From Octopus vulgaris (lineage: Eukaryota), in the NCBI GenBank assembly GCA_951406725.2, contig OX597829.1, forward strand, positions 21,700,001 to 21,764,000: a DNA stretch of 64,000 bases, read 5' to 3'. The position numbers were made by a program, and so were the translations under genes. Below, one piece after another: positions 1 through 12,214 of the stretch. The first letter of the stretch is position 1, and each line of letters begins with the position of its first letter. A model generated the notes under the pieces. That model searched no databases. It had not been told where the DNA came from and was given only the letters and a program-made list of their open reading frames with translations.

Positions 1-577
1 GCTAACGTTTCTGCCACAGTGTTTTCAAGTAGCTAAAGTGCATTGATGAATTGCCAGTTCCATCAAATGGCATTAATCCACTAACTGGATTGGTTGATCC
101 AAGACTGACCATTGGCTGAAGAGGTTCTTCTGTCCAGGCTGTGTCATGTAGTTTGACTGAATGAAAATCATATGTTGAATGCAGATCAATATGCCCAACT
201 TCACATCTGCCATACTGCTTCTCATGACATTATCATGACCCTGGCTCAGGGATTTTTCATCACTGAGGTTAACTTTTTTATATACACATTTTTGACTATT
301 TACACATTTCATGATTGAGATTAACTCTTCTATATACCCATTATTTGAGATTCTTGGCCCTTTGATGAGTATTGCTTTGCATTCTGCAGGGTGTCCAAAT
401 CACCCTTCTAACCAAGTAAACTTGTTGGGGGTTGCCAGTTTAGTTATTGACAGCCTGACTATGTGACAGGCTGTACTGGGTTACATGCTACAAGTAGCAC
501 TTGAGAATGACCCTGCATAACTCTAATCATCAATGCAAAATTTTTAAAGCAAGAATATGTTAAAAGCATGAACTTAC

Positions 578-711
578 TTGACATCACTTGCTGTTTCCGT
601 TTCACCTCATTGTCATCTGTCTGTTTTGTGTTAAGTTGCTCATGCACTTGATTGCATTCTCTCCTCACAGCATGCAGCTTCTGTTGCAGCTCATGCACTT
701 CAATTTGACTG
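578..711 (-). CDS. LEKR1: LEKR1-like coding exon 7 (134 nt, phase 2-1); gene continues downstream
   Basis: GTTCTGCAG|C acceptor and A|GTAAGT donor; NSQIEVHELQQKLHAVRRECNQVHEQLNTKQTDDNEVKRKQQVMS; no stop reached. Confidence 0.8.
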
Positions 712-926
712 CTGCAGAACACATCGTTGTAACATAAAGTCATATTCATAGTATGAAGAATAATAAACGTTTTTATTGTGGTTGTTATTATTATTATTAT
801 TGTGTCTCTTTCTCTGTCCATCATTGCTACTCAATTAGGTAACTGAGTGAACATCTATGCATAACCCCTCCCCTAAATTTCAGGCCTCATACCTATAGTA
901 GAAAGGATTGTTGTTGTTGTTATTGT

Positions 927-976
<50 letters not shown>

Positions 977-1623
977 TTACTATTATTATTACTATTATTA
1001 TTATCTGAAGGTAGCAAGCTGGCATGCTAGACAAAACACTTGGCAGTATTTCGTTTGTTATCATGTTCTAAGTTCAAATTCTTCTAAGGTCAGTTTTGCT
1101 TTTTTCATCCTTTTTGCAGGTTGACAAAATAAGTGCCAGTTGAGAACTGGGAGTCAATGTAAATCAACTAGTTCTTTCCCACCAAAATTTCAGGTGTTGT
1201 GCCTATTGTAGACATGACTGTTATTATTATTGTTATTATTATTAAGGCAGTGAGCTGGCAAAATTGTTAGAACGCTGGATGACATGCTTAGCAGTATTTC
1301 ACCCGTTGCTACATTCAAAGTCCAAATTCCACCGAGGTCAACTTTACCTTTCATCCCCTTTGGGGATAATAAATTAAATACCAGTTGAGTACTGGGGTCA
1401 ATGTAATTGACTACACCCCATCCCAAATTTCAAGCCTGTACCTATAATAGAAAGGATTATTGTTATTAATATTTTTTTTTCTCTGTTACTTGATATGTTT
1501 TTAATGCTAGTGTGCTGTTAAATAAACACCTAACAAAGATATCCTCATTGCAATATCATCTCATATTGTCATTGCTTTGTATGTTATGTATTTATTCACC
1601 TAGTTATCTAAAAGCTGACTTAC

Positions 1624-1701
1624 TTCTGAAGTAAATTCTCCATATGTTGTTCCTTTTTCCTTAGCTGGCAGTTCAGTTCTTCAACCATATTCTTCATATT
1701 T
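1624..1701 (-). CDS. LEKR1: LEKR1-like coding exon 6 (78 nt, phase 2-2)
   Basis: TTTTGTTTCTGTAG|A acceptor and AA|GTAAGT donor; KNMKNMVEELNCQLRKKEQHMENLLQ. Confidence 0.82.
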
Positions 1702-2029
1702 CTACAGAAACAAAATTAATTGGAATGGTTCACTTATAAATGGCTCGTTAACACTTATGGGCACACCACATAATTTTTATCATATATCATCATCATTAAC
1801 ATTGTCACCATTGTCGCTATTATCTTTATTGCTTTTACTGTTGTCATTGTATCATTATCACTATTTTATTAATAATGTATTCTAGATTTTGCAAACTCAA
1901 AACTCCTTTGCATGGCACCTTAGGAAAGAATAACCTGAGCTATCTAAAAGCCTTGTGAATTAATTTGGTAGATAGAAATTGAAAGAATCCCATTGTGTTT
2001 GCCTGCCTAACAATAACCTTGACCCTAAC

Positions 2030-3540
2030 CTTTCCCACCTGAATATAGGCAGGCAGGCAGCAAGACTATCATTTTTTCAGTGGTCAGACTTATAACTTGA
2101 GAGATATTCACCACCTTAGAAACTAAGATGGATAGCAAATGGTTTCTCTATGTTTTCTCATCTATGTTGTTCCTACCAAACCTATTCAGATTCAAGTTGA
2201 AAAAAAAAGCATTGAGACTGGCTTGGTCAAATCTCCATCACAGCCAGTAGTCTCCTGAATGATATGAAAAATGCCCACAAGGGAAATCTAGATAATTTAT
2301 TGTCACAGTGTTTTGTTTTTTTAAACTCTTTGGAATTTGGTTCAATTCCTGCTTCATGGCCTGATACAGGAATTGTGGATTAAAGCTCAAGAAATCTGGA
2401 TGTGTCCATTGTGGCCCCAGGAATTGCTGCATGGTACTCATCTCTGCTGAAAGCCCAATCAACAATAGTAGGATGCTGGGAACACTTGAACCAGCTCCTA
2501 AACTAGTGGAACATTGAGGAATTTTGTGAGAGGTCTGTAATCACCATCTTGACAATCCACTATCCTTTGCCGAATTTAGCACTGCCATCTAGACTAGGCA
2601 ATATTTAAGTAGAAATCTTGAAGAAAGGCAGTTACCTCTGTTCAAAACTTATGGAATATTCACAAAAAAATTGGTTATCTGCCTCTGTTAGTTCTCACAG
2701 GGATGGTAGTTCATTATTGTTAAAAGCAGAAATATCCCTTAGGATAAAAATGGGAGTTAGGCAGGACTACATACCGATCCCCATACTGTTTGATACCTTT
2801 CTCTCTGGCGACCTCATTATGGACTGATTATAAATACGAGTTACATCTTGTAGTTACACCTGTCAATTAAACATCACAAAATTGAAATCATCTTCATCAC
2901 CTTCTTACTTTAACATTTCCTCAATACAACAGCACAACCATTCACACTCTCCCAAGTCTGATAGATACCTTGGCAGCACCATTTCCAATGACTGCCCACT
3001 TGATTCTTTCTAAACAGCTGTTTCATACCAAAATTGTCTTTTACTGGACATCCACCATGGGTGCCCAGAAACAGACCAAGTGCAACCAATAGAACAGGGC
3101 ACTGGAGGTCTTTAACATCCAGTGTTTCTAGAAGATTCTTTTAGTCACTTGACTAGATAGGGTTATATACCTATAAACCTTCTGTTAAAACTAACACCTG
3201 CAGTATAGTACAGGCATCAACTAAAATGGTTTGATGATGTAGTGTGCATGTGTGACTCATGTCATTTCTGTATGAACCACTACGGCTAGCTATACTGTGA
3301 TCAAAACCTGACTGAAGGACTTAAGAAATGATTCCAGTACCTGCAGAAGATCGTTTTGAAGTAGAACAACATCAATCCTGCAACAATAGCAGACAAGGCT
3401 ATATGTCATTCACTTTGGTAGTCTCACTATTGAAAGGAGGTTGAAGATATGCAGAAAAAAAAAACATACAGCAGTACAACCAGAAAATGGACATTCATAC
3501 AGATTTACATCATGATGCTTTCACCAAGCACTAACATGTT
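2030..3540 (+). mobile_element. Highly decayed RTE-clade LINE remnant
   Basis: Scattered motifs across frames: GVRQDYIPIPILF (cf. GVRQGCILSPxLF), YLGSTIS, RHQLKWFDDVV (cf. RQLRWFGHV); many stops and frameshifts. Confidence 0.6.
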
Positions 3541-3855
3541 CAATCTGTGACAAAAGCTGTACATTATGGAATGGGATGTGCAATCATTAAAGAATCTATA
3601 AATGAAAAGGAAAATAAATGGCCATCATTTGAGTTGATGGATAACCAGAAGCGTGTGTGTGTACACGCACTATTTTATATGACTAGACTGTTTTATAAGA
3701 CACTGAGACTCAATACAATTTGTTATTTGAATCAGTAAAGTAAAGAACCAGTTTAACGTGAGTTTTGATTCAATTAATTCAAATGTTGTCTTTGAAAAAA
3801 TTAGTTATTTGCTTCCTTTGTTAAAATTAAAAGACAAACTTCAAAGTTATCTTAC

Positions 3856-3937
3856 TTAAGTTGATCCTTGTATTGATTGCTTTCCATAACGCTTTGGTGA
3901 TTGATTTCTTGATAATTTTCTAGTTTGTCTTCAAGTT
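3856..3937 (-). CDS. LEKR1: LEKR1-like coding exon 5 (82 nt, phase 1-2)
   Basis: TTTACATTGTAG|AA acceptor and AA|GTAAGA donor; ELEDKLENYQEINHQSVMESNQYKDQL in frame. Confidence 0.8.
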
Positions 3938-4190
3938 CTACAATGTAAATAAAAGAATGACTTTTTATTCAGACCTGCAGGAAATAAATAAAACAAAGCC
4001 AAAATGATTTCTACTTTTTACCAATTCCATGCTTATGTAAACCTTTGCTACACAGATCTTTACTATATACCCTTATAGTGGTTAAATGTGTATCAATTGA
4101 ACAGATGCAAAAGGAATGTATATGCCTTTGAAGTAAACAAATGAGTGAATTGATTCATAGTTAAAAATAATTTATTCACTGGACTTAATT

Positions 4191-4735
4191 TGTCGTTGGT
4201 GCACATAATTTTTCACTACATGCAAAATGTTGACAACTGCTACGAGTTGCTAGAAATAGAAACAGGGTATATCTGTGGAAGTGATGTGTCGGAAATGAAT
4301 ATGTTTGTGTGTATGTGTGTGCGTAGTTCATCTGAGACCAGTAGTCTACCGTGGAACTTCGAACATTTCTTTTGGATCTCTGTGGTCATCCAAAACGTGT
4401 TGCATAGATCTTTCTCGTTTGCCTGTTAGGCCTTTCATTTTTGTCTGTCTGTTGACCACTGTATTTATAATAATCGCAGCAGCTAGAAGGACAGACATAC
4501 TGCAGCAGAGTTCGTACCTAAATAGGTCAGCTCCTGTCCACTTGAACTTCGCCTGGCATAGCTGAGGTCGTAGGTCAAAGAGAGATGATCAATCACTTTT
4601 TGACAGGACAAAGAAAACCTTTTTCCATGCCTGTTGATCGGGGTGGTTTGGACAATCGAGAATTCTTAGATTCGGTTTCGAATCTAGGCTTGGAGAAGGA
4701 AGTGTTAATTTTTATACCCTTAAGTCCATAACAAG
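4191..4735 (-). mobile_element. Unclassified CpG-rich insertion, possibly LTR-like
   Basis: Starts TGT on +; TATA-like TTATAAATA on - near 4462-4470; CpG-rich against the background; no TSD found. Confidence 0.25.
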
Positions 4736-4789
4736 AAAAAAGGGCAAGTCCGAAGGAACAAAGATTAGCAAATAAGGTATTAAATTAAT

Positions 4790-5150
4790 ATTTTGATAGA
4801 AACAAAAAGTGTCTTAACATTTCAGACATTAGTCCTTCATCAGAAAAAAGGAAAGAATAGGAATGAAAAAGAGGAATAGTCAGTGAGTGGAAAAAATGGA
4901 TGAAGGGTTGGTCAAGAGAGCAAGAAAAAAATGGGAGGAAGAGAAGGAAAAAAAAAAAAGGAAATCCATCCAGCCAACCGCCCTCCCCCAATCTCCACAC
5001 ACATAAATATCAAAAGGACAAAGGGAACAAAAAAAAGAAAAAAAGAAACTGATTTGGAGGTTGTGGGATTGTGGAAGATTAAGTGTAGTGCAAGCATGAG
5101 AAAGCAAACATGAAAACAAATGAGGAGTGAGGATGAAGTGTCATACATAC
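4790..5150 (-). mobile_element. Penelope-like terminal-repeat fragment with a minimal hammerhead-like motif (4812-4847)
   Basis: Minus strand TTTT-CTGATGA-A-GGAC-TAAT-GTCT-GAAATGTT-AAGA in pyrimidine-rich sequence. Confidence 0.5.
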
Positions 5151-5399
5151 TCTTTTACTCTTTTACTTGTTTCAGTCATCTGACTGTAGCCATGCTAGAG
5201 CACTGCCTTTAGTCGAGCAAATCAACCCCAGGACTTATTCTTTGTAAGCCTAGTACTTATTCTATCGGTCTCTTTTGCCAAACCGCTAAGTTATGGGGAC
5301 ATAAACACACCAGCATAGTGTGCTTGCTTGACTAAAGGCGGTGCTCCAGCATGGCTGCAGTCAAATGACTGAAACAAGTAAAAGAGAATTGTTATTAAC

Positions 5400-5977
5400 A
5401 TAATCAAGGAGATTTTTTGCAACTGAAATCCTAGTGTCTTTTTAGTCATCTGAAAGCAGTTTGGGCACAAACTTGGCAGACACTCACCTCATACCCAAAT
5501 CTTCAGTGATAATGGACTGAACTGAACTGTAACTAATCTGCTCATCCTCTGACAACTCATGGATGGTGATTCAACAATTTCTTCTCACAGCTCACAGCAA
5601 TGATTTTCTCAGTTCTACTGGTTGCGGGTCTCCCAGAACATTTGTCAATACCAATATTTCTTTGACCATCTTGGAAACATCTGAACCACTCGTACACTTG
5701 TGTGCGGTTCATACACCCCACCCCATACACTTTCTGCAACTTTGCGCAGGCCACTGAGCAGGTATCACCATGACAACTTTTTCTGTCATGGTCAATGCAG
5801 CAGTCACACACTACACATGTTCCTTCCAAGCACTGCTGTAAACAGCAGAAGTGAGCTAGAACATTAAAACTTAGTGCACAGCAGAGGTCAAGGTCAATCT
5901 GTGCCAACAGGCTTCACTCTGTGTGCTTTAGCTTCATTACTATGGCAACAGTCTGGATATTTATTGATCAGACCATG
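5400..5977 (-). mobile_element. mariner transposon 5' remnant (TIR and HTH region)
   Basis: AKLQKVYGVGCMNRTQVYEWFRCFQDG...SGRPATSRT is mariner HTH/GRP-like; end TA|CATGGTCTGATCAATAAATATCCAGAC. Confidence 0.8.
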
Positions 5978-6779
5978 TATATGTACAAATTCAGTTGTAG
6001 ATAGCTTTTTGCATTCTAAGTTCAAATCCTGCCATGGCCACCGTGGGAGGTAGACTGAATATGTCACTCAGTCTAACACCACCACTACCAGTGATCAATG
6101 AGGTCAAGTTTATAATTTGAAGACACCTCACTCTCTGCTTTACTTCCACCAGGTTCGGAGGCTCTGGAAAGGGTAACTGGCACTGCCTTCTCTCCTGACT
6201 AAAACACGACAAAGAAAAAAAAAAAGAAATACATGTAGGCAAAGGCATTGCTGTGTGGTTAAGAAGTTTGTTTCCCAACCACATGGTTTCAGGTTCATTC
6301 CCACTGTGTGACACCTTGGGCTTCTACCACATCTCTAGTTCAATGAAAGAAGTCAATTGTATGTGTATATATATATATGATAAATCACCAGATCATGGGT
6401 TCACTTTCCAAACAGAGCCCTGCATTGTGTTCTTGAGCAAGACACTTCATTTCATGTTGATCCGGTCCACTCAGCTGTAAATGGTGGGAAACTCTGTTAG
6501 GGACTGGCTTTCTGATAAAGGTAGAAGTTGATCTGCTCATCTAGCTGGTGGGGTGGCATCACTTGAAAGCTAAAATTATGCAAAGTGCACTGTGACCAGT
6601 GATGTATAACAACATCTGATAGTCTGGTCAATCATGTGATTGGTCTGACTAAGGTGTGCTTCCAGCCATTTGAGTCTGATGAGTCTCTTATGCAGCTAAG
6701 CACTTTATAGTTACAAAACTAATGGTCACTCTCTGATCGGCCATAACCAACAACCTTCTAAATATATGAGTTTGTTTGT

Positions 6780-6830
<51 letters not shown>

Positions 6831-7197
6831 TTTGTCATCTACTGGTGCTCGACAACTGACGGTGGTTTGTTTACATACCCATAACTTGGCAGTTATGTGT
6901 AGGCTTTATAAAAAAACAAATACTGGAGTTGATCTGTTTGACTAAAATCACTACAAAGCGATGCCCCAGCATGGCCACAGTCCAATAACTGAAACAAGTA
7001 AAAGACAAATGATAAAAAAAAAACATGAAAGACATTTCTTAAATATTCTACAGAACCAAAGGCAGTGGCCCATATTCTTTGAATGTGAGTGTACCAAACA
7101 TCAGACTCAGCATACCCCAAGTTCCTAAACCCATTTCTATCAATGGTTTCTATAGAACAGCATTAACAAGAACTAAGGAATATTTCTTAATCCATAC

Positions 7198-7383
7198 CTC
7201 TGATTCTCTGTTTATTCAATTGGTTGGCATTCTCTAAATTCTTCAGTTTCTGATCAGCAAGGTCAGCATTTCTCTTAAAAACATGACTATCTTTTTCAAT
7301 TTTTAGATAATTCTCTTTCAATTTCAATAACTCGTTATTTTCTTTCCCCAAGGAAACATTCTTCAGCTTCATTTGCTGAAGAT
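7198..7383 (-). CDS. LEKR1: LEKR1-like coding exon 4 (186 nt, phase 1-1)
   Basis: T-rich tract then TAAG|AT acceptor and G|GTATGG donor; DLQQMKLKNVSLGKENNELLKLKENYLKIEKDSHVFKRNADLADQKLKNLENANQLNKQRIR (L/E/K-rich). Confidence 0.8.
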
Positions 7384-7631
7384 CTTAGATTTAATAAATT
7401 AAGAGATAAAAAAAAAATTAAATATAGACTTTTGGAAGAAACATTTATGTTATAAGAACGACTTACTTTTTAATTTATTTTGTTCTGGAACACAGTTTTT
7501 ACCAAGCAATTCCATGTCCGATCTAAACTTTAACTGATTGCATAAATAACTCATGACATTAAAGAATGGTAAAATGGTCAGAGGAAGGTACTGGCAGTGA
7601 TGAATGAAATATCAAAATGATGTTCGCGATG

Positions 7632-7831
7632 AAGTTAAGTTAAGTTAAGTTAAGTTAATTTTTTGGTTCAAAAAGCAAAAAGTAATGCCATGTAGGGGGA
7701 CATGGAGTTATGTACAGGGAGGATGTTCATGCAAAGAGTTCAGGCCATTTCTGGTCAAGAGAGACTTTGAACCGAGCGGTCGTCGGCATCTTCACTATCT
7801 CGTCCGGCAGCTTATTCCACGGATCCGCGAC
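7632..7831 (-). mobile_element. CR1-type LINE 3' end
   Basis: VADPWNKLPDEIVKMPTTARFKVSLDQKWPELFA* (WNxLP motif), short 3' UTR and (TAACT)n tail. Confidence 0.78.
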
Positions 7832-7839
7832 AGTGCTGA

Positions 7840-8127
7840 TGCTGGTGTTGATGGTATTGATAATAGTGGAGGTTGTGGTGGTGGTGGTGGTGGTGGTGGT
7901 GGTGATGGTGATGGTGATGGTAGTGATGGATGGATGTGGTGGTAGAGGTATGGTAGTGGTGATGGCGATGATGAAGATGATGATGGTGGTGGTGGTGGTG
8001 GTGGTATTGATGATAATAGTGGAGCTTCGGGCAGTGGTGGTGGATGGAGGAGTTGGTAATGGTGATAGTGACAGTAGAGGTGATGGCCGTAATAAAGATG
8101 ATGGTGGCGGTGGCGGTGGTGGTGACA

Positions 8128-8170
<43 letters not shown>

Positions 8171-8220
8171 GGAGGAGGAGGAGGAGGAGGAGGAGGAGGA
8201 GGAAGACAATGTTGTAATTA
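7840..8220. repeat. Compound trinucleotide repeats (GGT/GAT/GAG)
   Basis: Directly visible; source of the low-complexity ORFs here. Confidence 0.95.
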
Positions 8221-8429
8221 TTGATGTGTTTAACTCCATGATCTAAGAGGCCTATGATAAAAAGTCTTCCAGCCACGACCAGACAAAGCACACAAAGCAG
8301 CAGTATGTGACCTAAGAGTAGATTTAACTGCTATGTCTATCAGACTGAGCCCCCATGCAGAAGCGCCGCATGTTATCAATGAAATCAATGGTGATTATGG
8401 TGGTGCTAATCAGAATGATAATGAAATAC

Positions 8430-8605
8430 CTGTTTGATGAGCAGCAATAATTTGTTGATGATAGCTCCTGAATTCTTTAACTTTTTGGTTGGCATACTTC
8501 TTATTTTCTTCTGCTATATCAGAAATATTAACAAATTCTGTCTTTAGACTTTGCAGACATTTTACAATAGTTTTCAGTTTTGATTTAGTCTGGCTGTTTT
8601 CATTC
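8430..8605 (-). CDS. LEKR1: LEKR1-like coding exon 3 (176 nt, phase 2-1)
   Basis: TTTGACAG|G acceptor and G|GTATTT donor; NENSQTKSKLKTIVKCLQSLKTEFVNISDIAEENKKYANQKVKEFRSYHQQIIAAHQT; phases match both neighbours. Confidence 0.82.
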
Positions 8606-8753
8606 CTGTCAAAGATAAAGTACATACGTATGAGTAGTATGTATTTCATTATAGAGAGAGAATAAGTTCCATCACTCATGTTTTGAAGAAAGGCATCAGA
8701 GCCACACACTCACATTGCCAATAATCCCACGTCATCATATCATCACATTACCT

Positions 8754-9085
8754 TCTTTTTCTTTAGACTCCGCCGGTTACGACGACGAGGGTCCCAGCTG
8801 ATACGATCAACGGAACAGCTTGCTCGTGAAATTAACGTGCAAATGGCTGAGCATTCCACAGACACGTGTACCCTTAACGTAGTTCTCGGGGATAATCAGC
8901 GTGACACAGAGAGTGACAAGGCTGACCCTTTGAAATACAAGTACAACTCATTTTTGCCAGCTGAGTGGACTGGAGCAACGTGAAATAAAGTGTCTTGCTC
9001 AAGGACACAATGCGTCGCCAGGAATCGAACTCACGACCTTACGATCATGAGCCGAATGCCCTAACCACTAAGCCACGCGCCCTCA
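8754..9085 (-). mobile_element. Well-preserved tRNA-derived SINE with CORE-like body
   Basis: A box TGGCTTAGTGG, B box GAGTTCGATTCC, body GTGTCCTTGAGCAAGACACTT; 10-bp TSD CACATTACCT at 8744-8753 and 9086-9095; CpGs retained. Confidence 0.85.
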
Positions 9086-9676
9086 CACATTACCTATAAA
9101 CTATCATTAAATCTGAGCCCTTTCATTCATATAATAAAGCACAACCCATTGACCATCCTCCTTGCTCTCAGCTTTTCATAACGGAATGCAACATGGCTGG
9201 GAAATCTTATCCAAGCACCAAATAGACCCAACACTCAGACAAATACAGGTGTACATCCTCAAACGAAACTTACCCAATACTGAATAGGAAATATACATAG
9301 TAGATATTACACCCCCAAAACCACAGTTTACACAGGTAGAGTAGAATAGTTAGTGGGCTTTTATGTAGATAGATATATGTAAGTGTGTGTGTGTGTGTAT
9401 GTAGGTGTATGTATATATATATATATATATATATATTATATTAAATTAGAGATAAAACCACTATTAGGCAAATCAAACAATGAAAAACATAAGCCAATAC
9501 ATAAAATTGATTAATTTATATTATTTTAAATATATATCAAAATTATTAAAAGTTTAATAAAAGATAATGAGTAAAACACTATGATCGCTTCATGGCTGTC
9601 CAATTCGTAATAATTTGAGTTATGGTTACAATCAAACTTCAGGTAATTGAAATATTTATCTTAGCGAGGTTTAACA

Positions 9677-9763
<87 letters not shown>

Positions 9764-10259
9764 GTATATGCACATGTATATAAGCTTATGGATATGAAAG
9801 TAAACAGATCAACATACAGATGGATAGGTACATACATTATATGAACAGACAAGCACACATATGCACACATACACAAATAGAGACTGAAACACATGACCAT
9901 ATATATACACACACTTTACTTCACACAAGGACACATATGGAGACATGTGTCCACACATATGGAGATGCACATCCATACTCCATACATTTCTTCTACTATA
10001 GCCTCAAAGTGACCAAAGCCTTGTGAGTGGATTTGGTAGATGGAAGCTGAAAGAAGCCTCTGTGTGTATGTGTGTATACACACTCATATATACATATGCA
10101 AAACACACACTCAGACTCAGACATGCACACACAAGGAGACAGAGGTACACACACACATATATAAACACACACACACACACACATACATAAAAACACACAA
10201 ACACAGACATTCAAAAACCTGAATATGCAGAATACATACATACAAATATGAACACAAAC

Positions 10260-11430
10260 ATACATATATACACACACACACACATACATGCATACACACA
10301 TGCATACATACATATATACATACATACATACATACATTATGGCTGCCCCCTCGTTATCGAGTATGGCCATTGCACGAAGCTTAACTGTTACTGGTGCTGT
10401 GATCGAATGTGACTTTTTAGCCCAGCTAAAGATATACAATGTCTTGTACAGAATTGGCAACTAAAACCTTTACCGGTAATAGCCGGTTGTAGTTGTAACT
10501 GGGCTTCATGTACCTTTGCATGTTGTTTAAGTCCTCCTGCCAAATTACACTCTCTTCCACATGCCCAACAGATATGATTAGTATGGTGTGTTACACCACC
10601 ACCAGTGGCCAGGTTGTCACTCATCTGTCTCGTTTTATGACTACAAAGATGACTCATGAGTCCAGCTTTACTGAGGTAGGGTCTTGCACAGACATTGCAT
10701 GTCAGAATCAAAGGAAGACCCTTCCCTTCTGGAAGTGTAATAGCGATGCCCTTCCTGACGTCCCTCCTTACTTTCTCATGTGCAACTTGAGATTTCTCAA
10801 AAGTGGCTGTCCCCTCATGCACAATCCTTCTCCACCTGCTACAATCAATAGCTATGCCTTCCCATGTGTCAGGAGAGATGCAAGCATCTCTTAAGGAAGT
10901 CTTCAGCAAGTCCTTATACCTCTTTTTTGGTTTATGTGGAGGTCGTTCTCCTTTAGCTAACTCTCCATAAAAGAGTTATTTTGGCATCCTTGAATCCTTC
11001 ATTCTGACCAGATGACCACTCCATCTGAGCCTTTGCTTTAACACAAGAGCTTGTATACTTTCACACTGAGAGCCTTCAAGTATTTCAAGATCACTGATGC
11101 AGTCCTTCCACTTAATGCCATAGATCCGTCTGAGGCACATCTGATGGAAATGTTCCAGTTGTTTAAGGTGGTATTGATATGTGACCCACGTCTCGCAGGC
11201 ATAGAGAAGAGAAGGAAGCACACATGCCTAGTACACCTTTATCTTTGTCTTTCTGCATATGTCTCGCCGACTCCAGAGGCGCTTTTCTAGCCTTCCGCAA
11301 AGCTTTCCTAATTCTATATGGAATTTCATCATCCATATTGCCATATCTATTAATAGTGCTTCCCAGGTAGACAAACTGATCGAATACATCAAGTCGTTTA
11401 CCATTCACATAGATATTTGGTAAACTATAC
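10260..11430 (-). mobile_element. 5'-truncated RTE-clade LINE with three C-terminal C2H2 zinc fingers (inactive copy)
   Basis: FVYLGSTI, LPSLLYACETW, LEHFHQMCLRRI, QRLRWSGHLVRM and KPKKRYKD motifs, then three CxxC-x12-H-type fingers; short 3' UTR and (TATG)n tail; internal stops and a frameshift. Confidence 0.92.
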
Positions 11431-12214
11431 TGTATACTATACATACATACATGCATGCATGCATAGGTACACACACATACATATCGATGCGTGTGATACG
11501 GCATGGTATTCAGCTGTTCATACCAACAGTTTGTATCGACTGTGGTTTGGTTAAATATCTGAATACCACAAGGCTGTTCAATGAGAGCTGAGCCATGGCA
11601 ACTTTAGTTGGTAATGGTGATAGTGACAGTAGAGGTGATGGCCATGATAAAGATGATGGTGGCGGTGGTGGTGACAATGATGATGATGAGGAGGAGGAGG
11701 AAGAAGAGGAAGACAATGTTGTAATTTTAGTTGCCAATTCTGTACAAGACATTGTATATCTTTAGCTGGGCTAAAAAGTCACACTGACCCACACACATAT
11801 GCACAAACAAACAAAAAGTAACATAGTGTAAATAACAGACAGAGTCAAGACTATTGAAAAGGTTGCAAGACACAATGAAAATTTTAGAAAAATAAAAAAG
11901 GAATAAGTGGAAATTTTACCGGTGTGTGTGTTAAATTATACGAAACTAAAAGAGAATGACTCTCCTCAGGCACAACAGAATAAAATATAAAAATATTCTG
12001 ATTAATCCTCCTTATATCAGAAATAAAGGTGTAGCTGTGTAGTTAAGAAGTTTGTTTCTGAACCACATGGTTCTAGGTTCATTCCCACATGTGGCACCTT
12101 GAGCAAGTTTCTTCTACTATAGCCTCAAAGTGACCAAAGCCTTGTGAGTGGATTTGGTAGATGGAAACTGAAAGAAGCCTCTGTGTGTATGTGTGTATAC
12201 ACACTCATATATAC

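Noticed and set aside
73-383. Open frame after CTGCAG at 383 that is phase-compatible with LEKR1 exon 7
   Set aside because: Weak polypyrimidine tract and a peptide unlike the coiled-coil exons; cannot be supported without RNA data.
5991-6314. 107-aa ORF with a strong-looking acceptor near 6199
   Set aside because: Partly SINE-derived; LEKR1 exons 4 and 5 already join in frame and the peptide is unrecognised.
7685-8291. Poly-S/T/H/V/D/E ORFs
   Set aside because: Trinucleotide repeats fused to a CR1 3' fragment.
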